Shown here: one piece after another, positions 28,380 to 37,790 of the stretch | How positions within the stretch are numbered: the first letter of the stretch is position 1 | Layout: each line of letters starts with the position of its first letter | UHGV virus genome: UHGV-1550212 | Origin: a virus | DNA length: 64,000 nt | Direction: 5' to 3' (one strand) | Translations under genes and position numbers: made by a program | Notes under the pieces: model-generated | The model's database searches: none | Seen by the model: only the letters and a program-made list of their open reading frames with translations | What the model was told of the DNA's origin: nothing

Positions 28380-28548
28380 TATCGCCGCCAATTTTTATTG
28401 ATGGCGTTGCAAACAATGCAAGCAAACACCAGCCACTTTTAGTAACTGCACAAGCAACTGCTATTGCAGCAAAGAAGCTTGCATAAATGATTGCTGCAGC
28501 AAGCCAACTTGTTTTATCGCTACATTTGTTGTTCGATGAGTTCTCCAT
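28369..28548 (-). CDS. Small hydrophobic protein (59 aa), not in ORF track
   Basis: ATG 28548; MENSSNNKCSDKTSWLAAAIIYASFFAAIAVACAV...; stop falls inside the -35 box of the promoter. Confidence 0.3.
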   Translation of the reverse strand: MENSSNNKCSDKTSWLAAAIIYASFFAAIAVACAVTKSGWCLLALFATPSIKIGGDSAK

Positions 28549-28771
28549 TGATAATGTCTTTTCTGATGTAAACGCCCTTTAATGTTGGATGCTGCTGTAC
28601 AAATGTCATGTGACCAATAACATGCACTTTGTGATTTTTGGGCAGTACAATGCCATACTCGAATATGGCATGAGTATCTGTAAATCGTAACAGTTTTACT
28701 GGAGATGTAACACAATTGACGAAGTATAGCTTGCCAACTTGCGCATCTGCTGCTTTGATTTTGTCTTTCAT
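28520..28771 (-). CDS. Hypothetical protein (83 aa)
   Basis: Internal ATG of ORF 28520..28810. Confidence 0.4.
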   Translation of the reverse strand: MKDKIKAADAQVGKLYFVNCVTSPVKLLRFTDTHAIFEYGIVLPKNHKVHVIGHMTFVQQHPTLKGVYIRKDIINGELIEQQM

Positions 28772-28773
28772 TG

Positions 28774-29052
28774 TTATGCAATTTGAGTGCTGGCGTATTT
28801 TACTAGCCAAGCGTACACGTCATAATGAAAAATCTTCACATAATGTGGCATGCTAAAGCATTCACCGCAGCTACAATGAGCGTCAATATTACCTGTAATG
28901 ACATTGTACGTCAGCCGAACAATTTCATATGACTCAGAACCCATTTGACAATGCTGCTTAATGTCAATTGTTCTGCCAAATCGCTTACGAAACCATATTA
29001 CAAGCTGAGCATACAACTCATCAACGTTTGATGTCATTGAGCAATCTTTCAT
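28774..29052 (-). CDS. Hypothetical Cys-containing protein (92 aa)
   Basis: ATG start; ...HCSCGEC... Confidence 0.45.
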   Translation of the reverse strand: MKDCSMTSNVDELYAQLVIWFRKRFGRTIDIKQHCQMGSESYEIVRLTYNVITGNIDAHCSCGECFSMPHYVKIFHYDVYAWLVKYASTQIA

Positions 29053-29524
29053 ATGCGCAAGGATATTCAGGATTTGTCAGTATATGTTTGATGAACTGTT
29101 TAAGCTGCATTTTGCTGTCGAATGCTTGAACTGCAGGCTTGCCAACAAATTTGAGATATTTAATTGCTTCTTTAGCAAATTTGCCTGCAGAATTGCTGTC
29201 AAGCATTATGTATGATGTCAGAGTATCAATCATAAAAATGCTTCGCCAACTTGGTGCGCCGCAAATGACTTCTACTGCATTTCTGTTAGGAATGCGTCGT
29301 ACACGCACATTAAGAATAGTCATCAAGTCATTCCAAGATGCATCTCTGCATGTACATGGCTGCAAGTTCCGCTGACGTGTCATATGACACCAATACAAAA
29401 TTGTGTTTGCAGGCAATTCTGCTCGTTCAGCTTTGCTAAGCTTATGGCCATCTGCTGCATAGACTGCTTGTCTGCTAATTTGAACAGAGCTAAGCTTGCC
29501 TCGTTTGTGCGTAACTGCTACCAT
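29021..29524 (-). CDS. Hypothetical protein (167 aa)
   Basis: ATG start. Confidence 0.5.
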   Translation of the reverse strand: MVAVTHKRGKLSSVQISRQAVYAADGHKLSKAERAELPANTILYWCHMTRQRNLQPCTCRDASWNDLMTILNVRVRRIPNRNAVEVICGAPSWRSIFMIDTLTSYIMLDSNSAGKFAKEAIKYLKFVGKPAVQAFDSKMQLKQFIKHILTNPEYPCAYERLLNDIKR

Positions 29525-29916
29525 GTCTTTGCGTAGTTAATGAGCTGCTTAATATCACAGAATACAGGATTGTCGTACGCAGACTTGTTGTAATCGAAGA
29601 TGACACAAATGTTGTTGCCAAGCAATCTGCAGTTGCCATAGATTTTTGCAATCTTTGTGTTACGTTTATTGTCAACGCAAATATTGATTGCTCGTACTTT
29701 CATGACATCAAGCCACTGACCAGTACATTCATTCTGAACTGCAGATGGTTCACAAGTTGGCAATGCAAGCACATATGTCTTACCACTGTCAAGTCGTTCA
29801 ATGACTTCACCATGATATTGAGGTTCAAGAATGTTGATGCCATTGACATCAGGATTTGCTGTTCGTAATGCAACTTTCAATTCTTCTGTAGTTGCGTTGT
29901 AATTTATTCTGTACAT
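29518..29916 (-). CDS. Hypothetical protein (132 aa)
   Basis: ATG start. Confidence 0.5.
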   Translation of the reverse strand: MYRINYNATTEELKVALRTANPDVNGINILEPQYHGEVIERLDSGKTYVLALPTCEPSAVQNECTGQWLDVMKVRAINICVDNKRNTKIAKIYGNCRLLGNNICVIFDYNKSAYDNPVFCDIKQLINYAKTW

Positions 29917-29931
29917 ATCTATTGATATTTG

Positions 29932-30168
29932 TTATTCGAAATCCGTGTCATCTGCATTTTCATTAGGGTCATAGATAAGCCATACAAATGCTGCACAGCC
30001 AAGTATGAATAAGCCTCCGCCAATGATTGTCGTAAAAACCGAACCAATCCAATGCTTCATAATATCACCGAGCGGATTCAATGTTTCATAGCCAATCATA
30101 AATGCGACAAATACAACTATTATTGCTGCTATTGCTTTGTTTGTGGTATTTCGTTTTATTGTTGCCAT
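29932..30168 (-). CDS. Small membrane protein (78 aa)
   Basis: Trimmed to ATG 30168 (MATIKRNTT...); two hydrophobic segments. Confidence 0.5.
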   Translation of the reverse strand: MATIKRNTTNKAIAAIIVVFVAFMIGYETLNPLGDIMKHWIGSVFTTIIGGGLFILGCAAFVWLIYDPNENADDTDFE

Positions 30169-30199
30169 TGTAGTAGAGGTTTGTTGTGTTCTGTATATT

Positions 30200-30221
30200 A
30201 TGTTCGAATATATGAGGACAT
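30200..30221 (-). promoter_or_regulatory. Leader palindrome ATGTTCGAATATATGAGGACAT (copy 1 of 3)
   Basis: Between promoter 30237..30265 and start codon 30168; near-identical copies at 47427 and 54380. Confidence 0.5.
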
Positions 30222-30236
30222 ATATTATATATAGAT

Positions 30237-30265
30237 ATATTACAACACGCAAATCATTTTTGCAC
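30237..30265 (-). promoter_or_regulatory. Sigma70-like promoter (GTGCAA-N17-TAATAT)
   Basis: Direct reading. Confidence 0.4.
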
Positions 30266-30291
30266 ACTTTTATAAACCAAATTTCACAAAA

Positions 30292-30597
30292 ATGCAAACA
30301 CAAGAAGTTTTAGATGCAATTGACATGTCGCAGTCAGCTCGCAATTATGCGCTTGGCACTGTATGCGATGCAGAAGAGCATGAAGATGCTGTTGAAGCAG
30401 TTATCGAAGATTACATGCAAGGCGCAAGAGAAATGTACGTCAAGCTGACTACATTTGTCAATGTTAATGATGCAGTGCCTGCAAACAACTACCCAGTCAT
30501 TGCAAAGCTTGCAAATGACTCATATGCAGTTGCAACGTTTGAAAATGACATGTGGTCTGTCGACAACGTAGTTGCATGGCGCAAGTTGCACATTTAA
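30292..30597 (+). CDS. Hypothetical acidic protein (101 aa)
   Basis: ATG start; one of only three plus-strand genes; convergent with 30660..33965. Confidence 0.5.
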   Translation: MQTQEVLDAIDMSQSARNYALGTVCDAEEHEDAVEAVIEDYMQGAREMYVKLTTFVNVNDAVPANNYPVIAKLANDSYAVATFENDMWSVDNVVAWRKLHI

Positions 30598-30615
30598 GCC
30601 CTACAGCACAAAAAA

Positions 30616-30636
30616 AGTCCGAGCATTGCTCGGACT
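30616..30636. terminator. Bidirectional intrinsic terminator
   Basis: A6-AGTCCGAGC-ATT-GCTCGGACT-T7. Confidence 0.75.
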
Positions 30637-30659
30637 TTTTTTGTTGTGCATTGATTGGC

Positions 30660-33600
30660 CTATCGAACAATCGATGTAATTGATGCTACTGGTATCGTAC
30701 CAATGATTGATGTAGTTGAGCGGAAGTCTGCATAGACTTTAATGTCAAATGTGAACTCCTTGCCACCAATGTAGCATATGAAATTCATTGTTTTTGTGTA
30801 TGACAGCTTATTTTGCTGAGCATTGCTATCAATATCAGATGAACCAACTGCATCAGTCATACGAGCTTGGAACAGCAATGGTATCAACAATGCATTATTT
30901 TCGCCAGGCTTAACTACATAAGCTGCAGAATCAGTGCTATTCGAAACTTGCATTTGATTGACTGCAGTTGGATTCAACAACAAGAATGCACCACGACTAT
31001 TTGCACCAACTGCATAGACATCATTGTCTGTGAATGCACATTTAGGTGCGTTTTCTGCAGTAAGTTCAAGTGGCAGAATCTGCTGATACTTTGATTTGAT
31101 GACAGAATTGAACTTAGCAAGCTCTGCAAATGCTGCAGTCAATGTTGCTTTTGTTTGTTCATTCTTATTTGCTGAGTATGCAATCCATGCTGGATGCTGA
31201 ACAGACATCAGATTGTATGCATCTGGTGATACTGTCGACTTCAATGCGATTGCTTCATAATCATCGCCATTCTTATGAACGAACTTGCGATTTGCTGCTT
31301 GTGCAGAAGTATCAATGTTTTGTGTTTCTACAGTAGACGATGATGGTGTTTCTGCAGCAACGTACAGCTTTTCTGTGCCTGCTACGTTTTTCAAGCCAGC
31401 ATACAATGTTTGACCCATGTATTGACGAGTGCCATACGGTGCTAAGATGTCATTGCTGTCATATGCATCGCTGTTAAGTACAACAGGTACGTCATAGACA
31501 TCTGCGAAATCTTGCAGCTTGTCTGTAATATGCTGTGACAAGTCGCCATGATATCGTGGGTACAATGAGATGTTTTCTGCACCAATGTTGTAGAACTTCA
31601 ACCAATATTGTCGAGTAAGCACTTTGCCATAGTTGTCTGCTGAAGTGATGTCAAACTTATCTGCATAAGTGCCTGCAAACAAAACATTGCTTGACCCATT
31701 CAGAATTTCTGTTTGATTGCCCTCATCATCTACAATTGCGACTCGAAGCATTGAGCCTTGATTCAAAATGATGTCTTTGAGCTGCGCAACTTCATTGCTA
31801 AGCGACAGTAGTTTTTCATATGTAGTCACTTTTGCAAGCTCTGATGTGAAGAAGCCTGATGCAATGTTTTGAGCATTGTGGGCGTAGTAGATGTTGTTTT
31901 CTGAGAATGCATCTGCAATATGCTTGATAAGTCCTTTGTTCTCAAGCATATTTTCAAGAGCCACATTTTGCTTATCAATTGCAAGTTCATCTTTAAGCGT
32001 GACGAACATTGCAGAAGCTGCAAGACTTTCTGGGAACTGAATGCTGACAATGTTTGACCACTCAGACTCATTGAGCACGTTTGGATAGCCTGCTTCACCA
32101 ATCGCCTTAACGCGGAACTGAACAATCTCATTAGCAGAAATTGGAATTTCAAGCTGATTGCATGAGATTGCGTCAATTGATTCTGAATTGATTGGCTCCC
32201 ATTGAATGCTACCATCGACAATGATTTTGCGACGAAGTGGCGTAAATACTTCATTCCATGTGCTAAATGCTGCTGTCGTAATTGTGCCTGCTGCATTTTC
32301 GATGTCAAATGTGTCTGCCTTTGCTACTGTGCCATTCAATGATGCATATCTGTACTGCACCTTGAATTGCACAATGTTTTGTGCTGCAGTAAACCTACTG
32401 ATTGCAGGGTCTTGTACCGGTAAGAAGCCTCGAACTCTGAACTTTGGATTGTACAATGCGTCATATGCAGCACCATTGATATTCAGCATCTCATCAATGA
32501 TATTTGTGAGTGTTTGCAGTCGTTCTGCTCTTTGCTGAGTCAATGTAACATATTGTGTAGATGCTTTTTGACGTTCAACGTCATTCTTGAAATTATTTGT
32601 ATTGAGCTTTGACATCACAGATGCGATATCAGAGTCAAGTACCGACATTTCTTGCTGAACTGCTCGTTTTTGATTGTACAATGACAAAATTCGAGATTTG
32701 TCAGTGTTGTCAATCAAATGCGTGTTAAGTTGAATGACTTTGAATGCTTCTGCTGACAATTGTAGACGATTTGGCTTAATTGCATATTGCGATGGCGCAA
32801 GCATATCAGTAGTCAATGCTGCAATATAAGCGCCAATTGATGCGTCGCCATGTGACAACATATACGAGTTTGCATTGACAAGCTCATTTGTTGCAGTACG
32901 AATTGTAAGTGTTGCAGTGTCAATCAAAACTGCTGGGCTGTACTGAGCTACTGTGTTGTATGCATCATGCACAGGCGACAAGAACAGCACGAATTTTTCA
33001 GAATGTCGAAGTGGCACTTCAACGACTTTTCTAACAACAGGCTCTACAAAGACGAGGTCAGTGACTTCTACATTCAATGCATTCAAGCCTGCAGTACGCT
33101 GCAGTATGCATGTTTGTGACAGTTTGTCAATTGAGACAATTTGCAGTAATACTGAACCAGTCGGGTCTGATAACGTGTCACCGACTTTCAATGTCAGTGA
33201 ACCGGCAGCCTTTGCGTCAATTGCATCATATACAATGCTGTCAAGTTTGACAGCGATTGTGCCATTGTTCGCATTTTGCTTCTTGAGAATTTTGAAGCTG
33301 CCACTTGATGCTGCTCGTCGTGGTCGCAAATTAACTGTGAAGTCTTCAAGAGTATAGTCATCATCAGTATGCCAGCCATGCGCATCAATTTCAGCAAGCA
33401 ATGCAGCATGGCTCATTTCAATGCCTGTTTGTGCCACAATTTGCTGCAATGCAGCAAACATGGCGTCTGAGCATATGTACTTTGTAACTTGACATTGTTT
33501 AAGATACGATGATGCTTGACCAGTCACATCAATTTGCACGTGCATACCAAGCGCTGTTGTGCGTTCAAGCATATCATTGCCAAGTGCGACAACATTGTTA

Positions 33601-33965
33601 TCTTCTGCTATCGTGCCTTGCAAAGTTTTCAAAGTCTCAGGCTGATTCAACAAGCTCATATGCACCATTGTACGCATATTGTTGTTTGCATCTACAAGTT
33701 GTGCATACAACTGCTCGCCATTATTTAAGCCTGTCAAGACTTTCATGTTTTGCTCAATGACAGCCATGCGACGTTGAATTGACGCAAAGCTTGGTACAGT
33801 AATGCTTGTTGTGCTGCCATCGTCATTTGTCAATGTTATTGTGACTGTATCTTCTGATGATGACACTGCAGCTTGCAGCACATCAAGGTATTGCAGACTA
33901 TTGTCATACAGTTGCTTAATGTCTGACAGCAATTGTTGCATTGCATTTGTTGAAACTTCTGACAT
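30660..33965 (-). CDS. Large virion protein (1101 aa), tail/baseplate candidate
   Basis: Trimmed to ATG 33965 (MSEVSTNAMQQ); size and neighbourhood only. Confidence 0.6.
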   Translation of the reverse strand: MSEVSTNAMQQLLSDIKQLYDNSLQYLDVLQAAVSSSEDTVTITLTNDDGSTTSITVPSFASIQRRMAVIEQNMKVLTGLNNGEQLYAQLVDANNNMRTMVHMSLLNQPETLKTLQGTIAEDNNVVALGNDMLERTTALGMHVQIDVTGQASSYLKQCQVTKYICSDAMFAALQQIVAQTGIEMSHAALLAEIDAHGWHTDDDYTLEDFTVNLRPRRAASSGSFKILKKQNANNGTIAVKLDSIVYDAIDAKAAGSLTLKVGDTLSDPTGSVLLQIVSIDKLSQTCILQRTAGLNALNVEVTDLVFVEPVVRKVVEVPLRHSEKFVLFLSPVHDAYNTVAQYSPAVLIDTATLTIRTATNELVNANSYMLSHGDASIGAYIAALTTDMLAPSQYAIKPNRLQLSAEAFKVIQLNTHLIDNTDKSRILSLYNQKRAVQQEMSVLDSDIASVMSKLNTNNFKNDVERQKASTQYVTLTQQRAERLQTLTNIIDEMLNINGAAYDALYNPKFRVRGFLPVQDPAISRFTAAQNIVQFKVQYRYASLNGTVAKADTFDIENAAGTITTAAFSTWNEVFTPLRRKIIVDGSIQWEPINSESIDAISCNQLEIPISANEIVQFRVKAIGEAGYPNVLNESEWSNIVSIQFPESLAASAMFVTLKDELAIDKQNVALENMLENKGLIKHIADAFSENNIYYAHNAQNIASGFFTSELAKVTTYEKLLSLSNEVAQLKDIILNQGSMLRVAIVDDEGNQTEILNGSSNVLFAGTYADKFDITSADNYGKVLTRQYWLKFYNIGAENISLYPRYHGDLSQHITDKLQDFADVYDVPVVLNSDAYDSNDILAPYGTRQYMGQTLYAGLKNVAGTEKLYVAAETPSSSTVETQNIDTSAQAANRKFVHKNGDDYEAIALKSTVSPDAYNLMSVQHPAWIAYSANKNEQTKATLTAAFAELAKFNSVIKSKYQQILPLELTAENAPKCAFTDNDVYAVGANSRGAFLLLNPTAVNQMQVSNSTDSAAYVVKPGENNALLIPLLFQARMTDAVGSSDIDSNAQQNKLSYTKTMNFICYIGGKEFTFDIKVYADFRSTTSIIGTIPVASITSIVR

Positions 33966-34001
33966 ATGCTTAAAATGTGGTGTTTGAATATGTACAAACA
34001 A

Positions 34002-34033
34002 AAAGACTGCTGCAAATTATTGCAGCAGTCTTT
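34002..34033 (-). terminator. Intrinsic terminator, 14-bp perfect stem
   Basis: AAAGACTGCTGCAA-ATTA-TTGCAGCAGTCTTT. Confidence 0.65.
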
Positions 34034-34051
34034 GATAATTGCTTGTTTATG

Positions 34052-34945
34052 CTATGTCAATGCAATAAAGACATCACCAGATTGCTCAGCCTCAAGCTCT
34101 TTTTCAACTGTCTGTTGCATTGTTTGACCTTTTGACGCAAGTCTATCAAAGTTAATGCGAACATTGCCGGGCAACTTGAAGTCATATGTGCCAATGATAT
34201 CTGCAAGTTCTTGCATGCATTGACCAGTGCAGTATCTCAAGAAACGTCTGTCTTCATACAATGACTGCAGTGGCACTCTTACCCAACACATCAACACCAA
34301 ATCAGACCCTTCATTGTCACCAAGAATGTTCAGCTTATGACTAAATCTGTTGAAGTTATACGTGATTGTTCGTTGCAAAATGCTTTCATACGTGCCAATT
34401 TCATACATTGTCACCCACAAGTCATCTGCAATTGATGCATTTTGAGAACCTGCAGGCCCAGCGTAGTTAAATGACACACCGTTTGCTTCACTGTAAAAGT
34501 TAATTGAGTTGCTAAGCAGTCGTTCAAGATAAAAGTTTGCACGACGCATTGACAGCTTATGCTGTGATTCAAGCAACTGCACATCTGATACAGCCCAGAT
34601 TTGTGGCGGCAATTTGACAATTTTGTTTGCACCATCAGTCATGTCAATATCGCGAACAACAAACCAGCGCTCTTCAAGAGCAGACTCAGAATGTTCAAAA
34701 AACCATTCTGCGCATGTTTCAATGATTTGCGGCATACGAGTCTTCGGAATTGCAAAGGGCAATGCACAGCCTCGTGTGACTTCTTGAACAAGTCGCTCAA
34801 TGAATCGCAAGTCTACACTGTAGTCGTATTTAGAATTGATATTTTCGACTTCAGGCTTATTGCACTCATTTGTTGTTGCGCCTTCGACTTTCCAAGAAGT
34901 TGCGCCGTCATTGATTGGTGGCGCTGGTTTACGTTGAACTTTCAT
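34052..34945 (-). CDS. Hypothetical protein (297 aa)
   Basis: ATG start. Confidence 0.6.
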   Translation of the reverse strand: MKVQRKPAPPINDGATSWKVEGATTNECNKPEVENINSKYDYSVDLRFIERLVQEVTRGCALPFAIPKTRMPQIIETCAEWFFEHSESALEERWFVVRDIDMTDGANKIVKLPPQIWAVSDVQLLESQHKLSMRRANFYLERLLSNSINFYSEANGVSFNYAGPAGSQNASIADDLWVTMYEIGTYESILQRTITYNFNRFSHKLNILGDNEGSDLVLMCWVRVPLQSLYEDRRFLRYCTGQCMQELADIIGTYDFKLPGNVRINFDRLASKGQTMQQTVEKELEAEQSGDVFIALT

Positions 34946-35003
34946 GCTTGATAACGTTGAACTTTCATGTGTCTTGTCTATGGTCTACGGTGTGTGAAAC
35001 ACT

Positions 35004-35561
35004 CTACGGTATGATGTTGAAATTGACTGCAAGCAACAATGATGTGACATCTTCGCCCAATGGAAATGAACCTGTAGTAAAACCAACTGTTTTTGTTTGT
35101 GTATATTGGCTGCTCAAATCGAAGTAGTATTGTGATGGCGACAATTCTGGTGTAGCATGCGGCTCAGTTTGACCATTTCGAACAACCATCAATCGTACTG
35201 GACCATTGAATGTTGCTTTATGATTCGGCAATGCAGAACCGTTGTAGTTAAGCGACATGTATTGCATCGTAATTCGAATCTGCTCAGCATATGATTTGCT
35301 AAGGTCAAGTTGCTGAGTGCCTTGAACACGTAGAATACTTGATTGTCCAGATGACTGCCAATTTGCATACACAGATTGCTCGTTGGTCGTTATGATGGCA
35401 TTGCCATCAATATCGAGTAGTTCAACAGTCATCTGACCTGTCAAGCTGATTCGATTGCCAAGATTGTTGCCTACTACTGCAATGCTAACTGAAACGGGCT
35501 TCAAAGACCCCCCCTGCGCCACATTTTGTGAACGATAGTGGTCTTGTGTAACTGTTGACAT
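35004..35561 (-). CDS. Hypothetical protein, tandem paralog A (185 aa)
   Basis: Trimmed to ATG 35561; MSTVTQDHYRSQNVAQGGSLKP; G7 tract at 35508-35514. Confidence 0.5.
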   Translation of the reverse strand: MSTVTQDHYRSQNVAQGGSLKPVSVSIAVVGNNLGNRISLTGQMTVELLDIDGNAIITTNEQSVYANWQSSGQSSILRVQGTQQLDLSKSYAEQIRITMQYMSLNYNGSALPNHKATFNGPVRLMVVRNGQTEPHATPELSPSQYYFDLSSQYTQTKTVGFTTGSFPLGEDVTSLLLAVNFNIIP

Positions 35562-35608
35562 ATCATAAAGTGTTTTGCGATGATGCAATCCACTTTATGA
35601 ATGCATCA

Positions 35609-35980
35609 TCAGTTAAATAATGTTTGAATTTTTATTGTAACGTCATTGCAGCCTTTTAGCAAGTCGACTTGAATCATATCGACAAATGCTGAACGATAAC
35701 TTAAACCATTGCTGTACTGAACGTAAAAGTACTTGATATGCTCCCAATCATTTACGCAAGCTTTCGTAAAGTTATCTGACAACTGAATGCTTGTTGCTGA
35801 TAGAGTCGTACATGCAACGTACGAATCAACAAATATATGCAAGTCATTTACATTGATGTAACCAACGACATCAAGTTGATTTGTAAACGTGCTCAGCGGC
35901 AATGTCAGTATGATGTGGCCTAACTTAACAGAGCCCCCCGCGTTTTGTGAACGATAGTGGTCTTGAGTAACGTGTGACAT
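35609..35980 (-). CDS. Hypothetical protein, tandem paralog B (123 aa)
   Basis: Trimmed to ATG 35980; MSHVTQDHYRSQNAGGSVKL; G6 tract at 35934-35939. Confidence 0.5.
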   Translation of the reverse strand: MSHVTQDHYRSQNAGGSVKLGHIILTLPLSTFTNQLDVVGYINVNDLHIFVDSYVACTTLSATSIQLSDNFTKACVNDWEHIKYFYVQYSNGLSYRSAFVDMIQVDLLKGCNDVTIKIQTLFN

Positions 35981-36011
35981 ACTGTAATGAAATTGTTTGT
36001 TTGAATATGTA

Positions 36012-36623
36012 TTATGGTGTAATAATCGGTCCACCGCCAGGCAAACTTGAACATGTTTGCATATATGTGTACAACAAGTTACCTGCATTTTGCATAATGT
36101 TTGCAAACATCAATGTGATGCCTCGCAAATCTGCTTCGCCTTCAAATGTGTTGATGAACGCTTGCTGTGCACATGCAAACATTACTGGCACAGTCGATGC
36201 ACTTGTCATTGCAATCACAGGACCGCCAGGCGACAAGGGCAACACTGGTGGCGATGCAGGCACAGTTAAGTTTGTTGGAATCCATGCTGCAACTGCTGCA
36301 GCATAAGGCTTAAAGCCATTGCCAAACTTTATTGCAATGTTCTTTGGGTCTGCTTCACCTTGAAACGTTTCTATAAGTGCTTGTCTGCCTGCTTCAAATA
36401 AAGATTGCTCAAGTGCAGCAGTTGGACCTGCAGTTATTGGACCGCCAACAGGCAATCCTGTGCAAGTTGCAATGTAGCTTGCTACGCCTGTTGCAAACAA
36501 TTGACTGAACTTGTTGGCAAACTTTGTCGCAATTTGTGGTCTATCATGCTCACCTTGAAAAGTTGCAGTATATGCTTGATATGCAATAGGCTGCACAGCA
36601 GCTTGCAATGTGGCACCTGGCAT
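36012..36623 (-). CDS. Protein with three ~65-aa tandem repeats
   Basis: Trimmed to ATG 36623; each repeat has F(Q/E)GE(H/A)D...KF(A/G)N.F...GGP. Confidence 0.5.
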   Translation of the reverse strand: MPGATLQAAVQPIAYQAYTATFQGEHDRPQIATKFANKFSQLFATGVASYIATCTGLPVGGPITAGPTAALEQSLFEAGRQALIETFQGEADPKNIAIKFGNGFKPYAAAVAAWIPTNLTVPASPPVLPLSPGGPVIAMTSASTVPVMFACAQQAFINTFEGEADLRGITLMFANIMQNAGNLLYTYMQTCSSLPGGGPIITP

Positions 36624-36624
36624 A

Positions 36625-36909
36625 TCAATCCAACAATTGAGCAGCAGCAATTGCGCCAAGTGCTGCAGATATAAATGATTGCACAATGTATGATAAACTC
36701 CAGCAACGTTCTATTGCATAGAGTTTTGACAAGCCACATGCAATGATATCAAGTGCGACTGCACACAATGTAACTGCAAGCAAATGTGTTCGCAATGGCA
36801 CTTCAATTGTGTCGTATGTCATTAGTGTTGTTGCAAATGCAATGAATGCGATTATTACGCAGTGCAGCAGTGCAAACATCAAGCGTTCAATGAAATGTTG
36901 ACTGTTCAT
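36625..36909 (-). CDS. Small multi-pass membrane protein (94 aa)
   Basis: ATG start; three hydrophobic segments. Confidence 0.5.
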   Translation of the reverse strand: MNSQHFIERLMFALLHCVIIAFIAFATTLMTYDTIEVPLRTHLLAVTLCAVALDIIACGLSKLYAIERCWSLSYIVQSFISAALGAIAAAQLLD

Positions 36910-36911
36910 AT

Positions 36912-37790
36912 TTAGTCTTGGCCTTTATCAATTGTTGCGATTTTTGATAGTGTCTCAGGCAAAAAGTCTGAGTCTTTTTTGTGTGTGTTGTTTGATGGTT
37001 GCTGCACTTTTGCAGGATATGTGCCAAATACAGGTGCAAGTGGGCTTGTGTATGGGTTGCTTTGCGCAGTTGTTTGCAATTGCTTCATGACTTTTGCAAG
37101 ATTGTCAACAACTTCTTTCACGTAATCAAGAACATTTTGATGCGCAGTTTTGTTGTCATCTCCAACTACACAAGGCTGTTCTGATTTATCTGTGCTGCCA
37201 AAGCTTAAGTGACCATCAGCAGTCATATGAATGACACCATTTTTGTCAGCGTCAGTAGTCATATGAATTGATTTATCCTTACGCAAATTGATGTCTGTGC
37301 CATTGTAGTAAATGTGCCAGCCTTGTTCAGGTGTCCACCATATGCCAAACTTACCCTCTGCACCATATCGTTCAGCGTCATCGTAGACAACAATCTTTGC
37401 TTTGGCGTTTTCATCACCAATGACATCTTTTACTATATCTGAGCGAGAATCAAGATGCATCCAAGTCATATTATAGACGCCTCGACTCAAATCAAGCATA
37501 ACCCAGTCACCCACAATTGGCGCATCATACATGTTCATCATGCTGCTATCTGCATAGCACCATGGCAGCTTGTCTGCAGCAATTTCATTGTCAGCAAATC
37601 GAGTAAAGCCGTCAATTTGACAGCGGATGCGACATTGCAACATGTCATCATCAACATCAACAACTTCACCAATAAGCTTAACTGGCATGCCCTCTGTCAA
37701 AGACCCAATTGATGATGCAGTTATTGATGCATTGTATGCTGATATCTTTTCAAACAGCTCTTCTTGAGTAACAAGCAACATATCAGACAT
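36912..37790 (-). CDS. Hypothetical virion protein (292 aa)
   Basis: ATG start; overlaps next gene stop. Confidence 0.6.
   Translation of the reverse strand: MSDMLLVTQEELFEKISAYNASITASSIGSLTEGMPVKLIGEVVDVDDDMLQCRIRCQIDGFTRFADNEIAADKLPWCYADSSMMNMYDAPIVGDWVMLDLSRGVYNMTWMHLDSRSDIVKDVIGDENAKAKIVVYDDAERYGAEGKFGIWWTPEQGWHIYYNGTDINLRKDKSIHMTTDADKNGVIHMTADGHLSFGSTDKSEQPCVVGDDNKTAHQNVLDYVKEVVDNLAKVMKQLQTTAQSNPYTSPLAPVFGTYPAKVQQPSNNTHKKDSDFLPETLSKIATIDKGQD

Noticed and set aside
28461-28781. Track ORF of 106 aa
   Set aside because: Overlaps two better-supported genes in another frame; Gln/Ser/His-rich composition.
30200-30221. GTTCGAAT sequence as a tRNA T-arm
   Set aside because: It is part of a palindromic leader element repeated before three genes; no acceptor or anticodon arms can be drawn. 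I found no tRNA in the window, but a proper scan was not possible.
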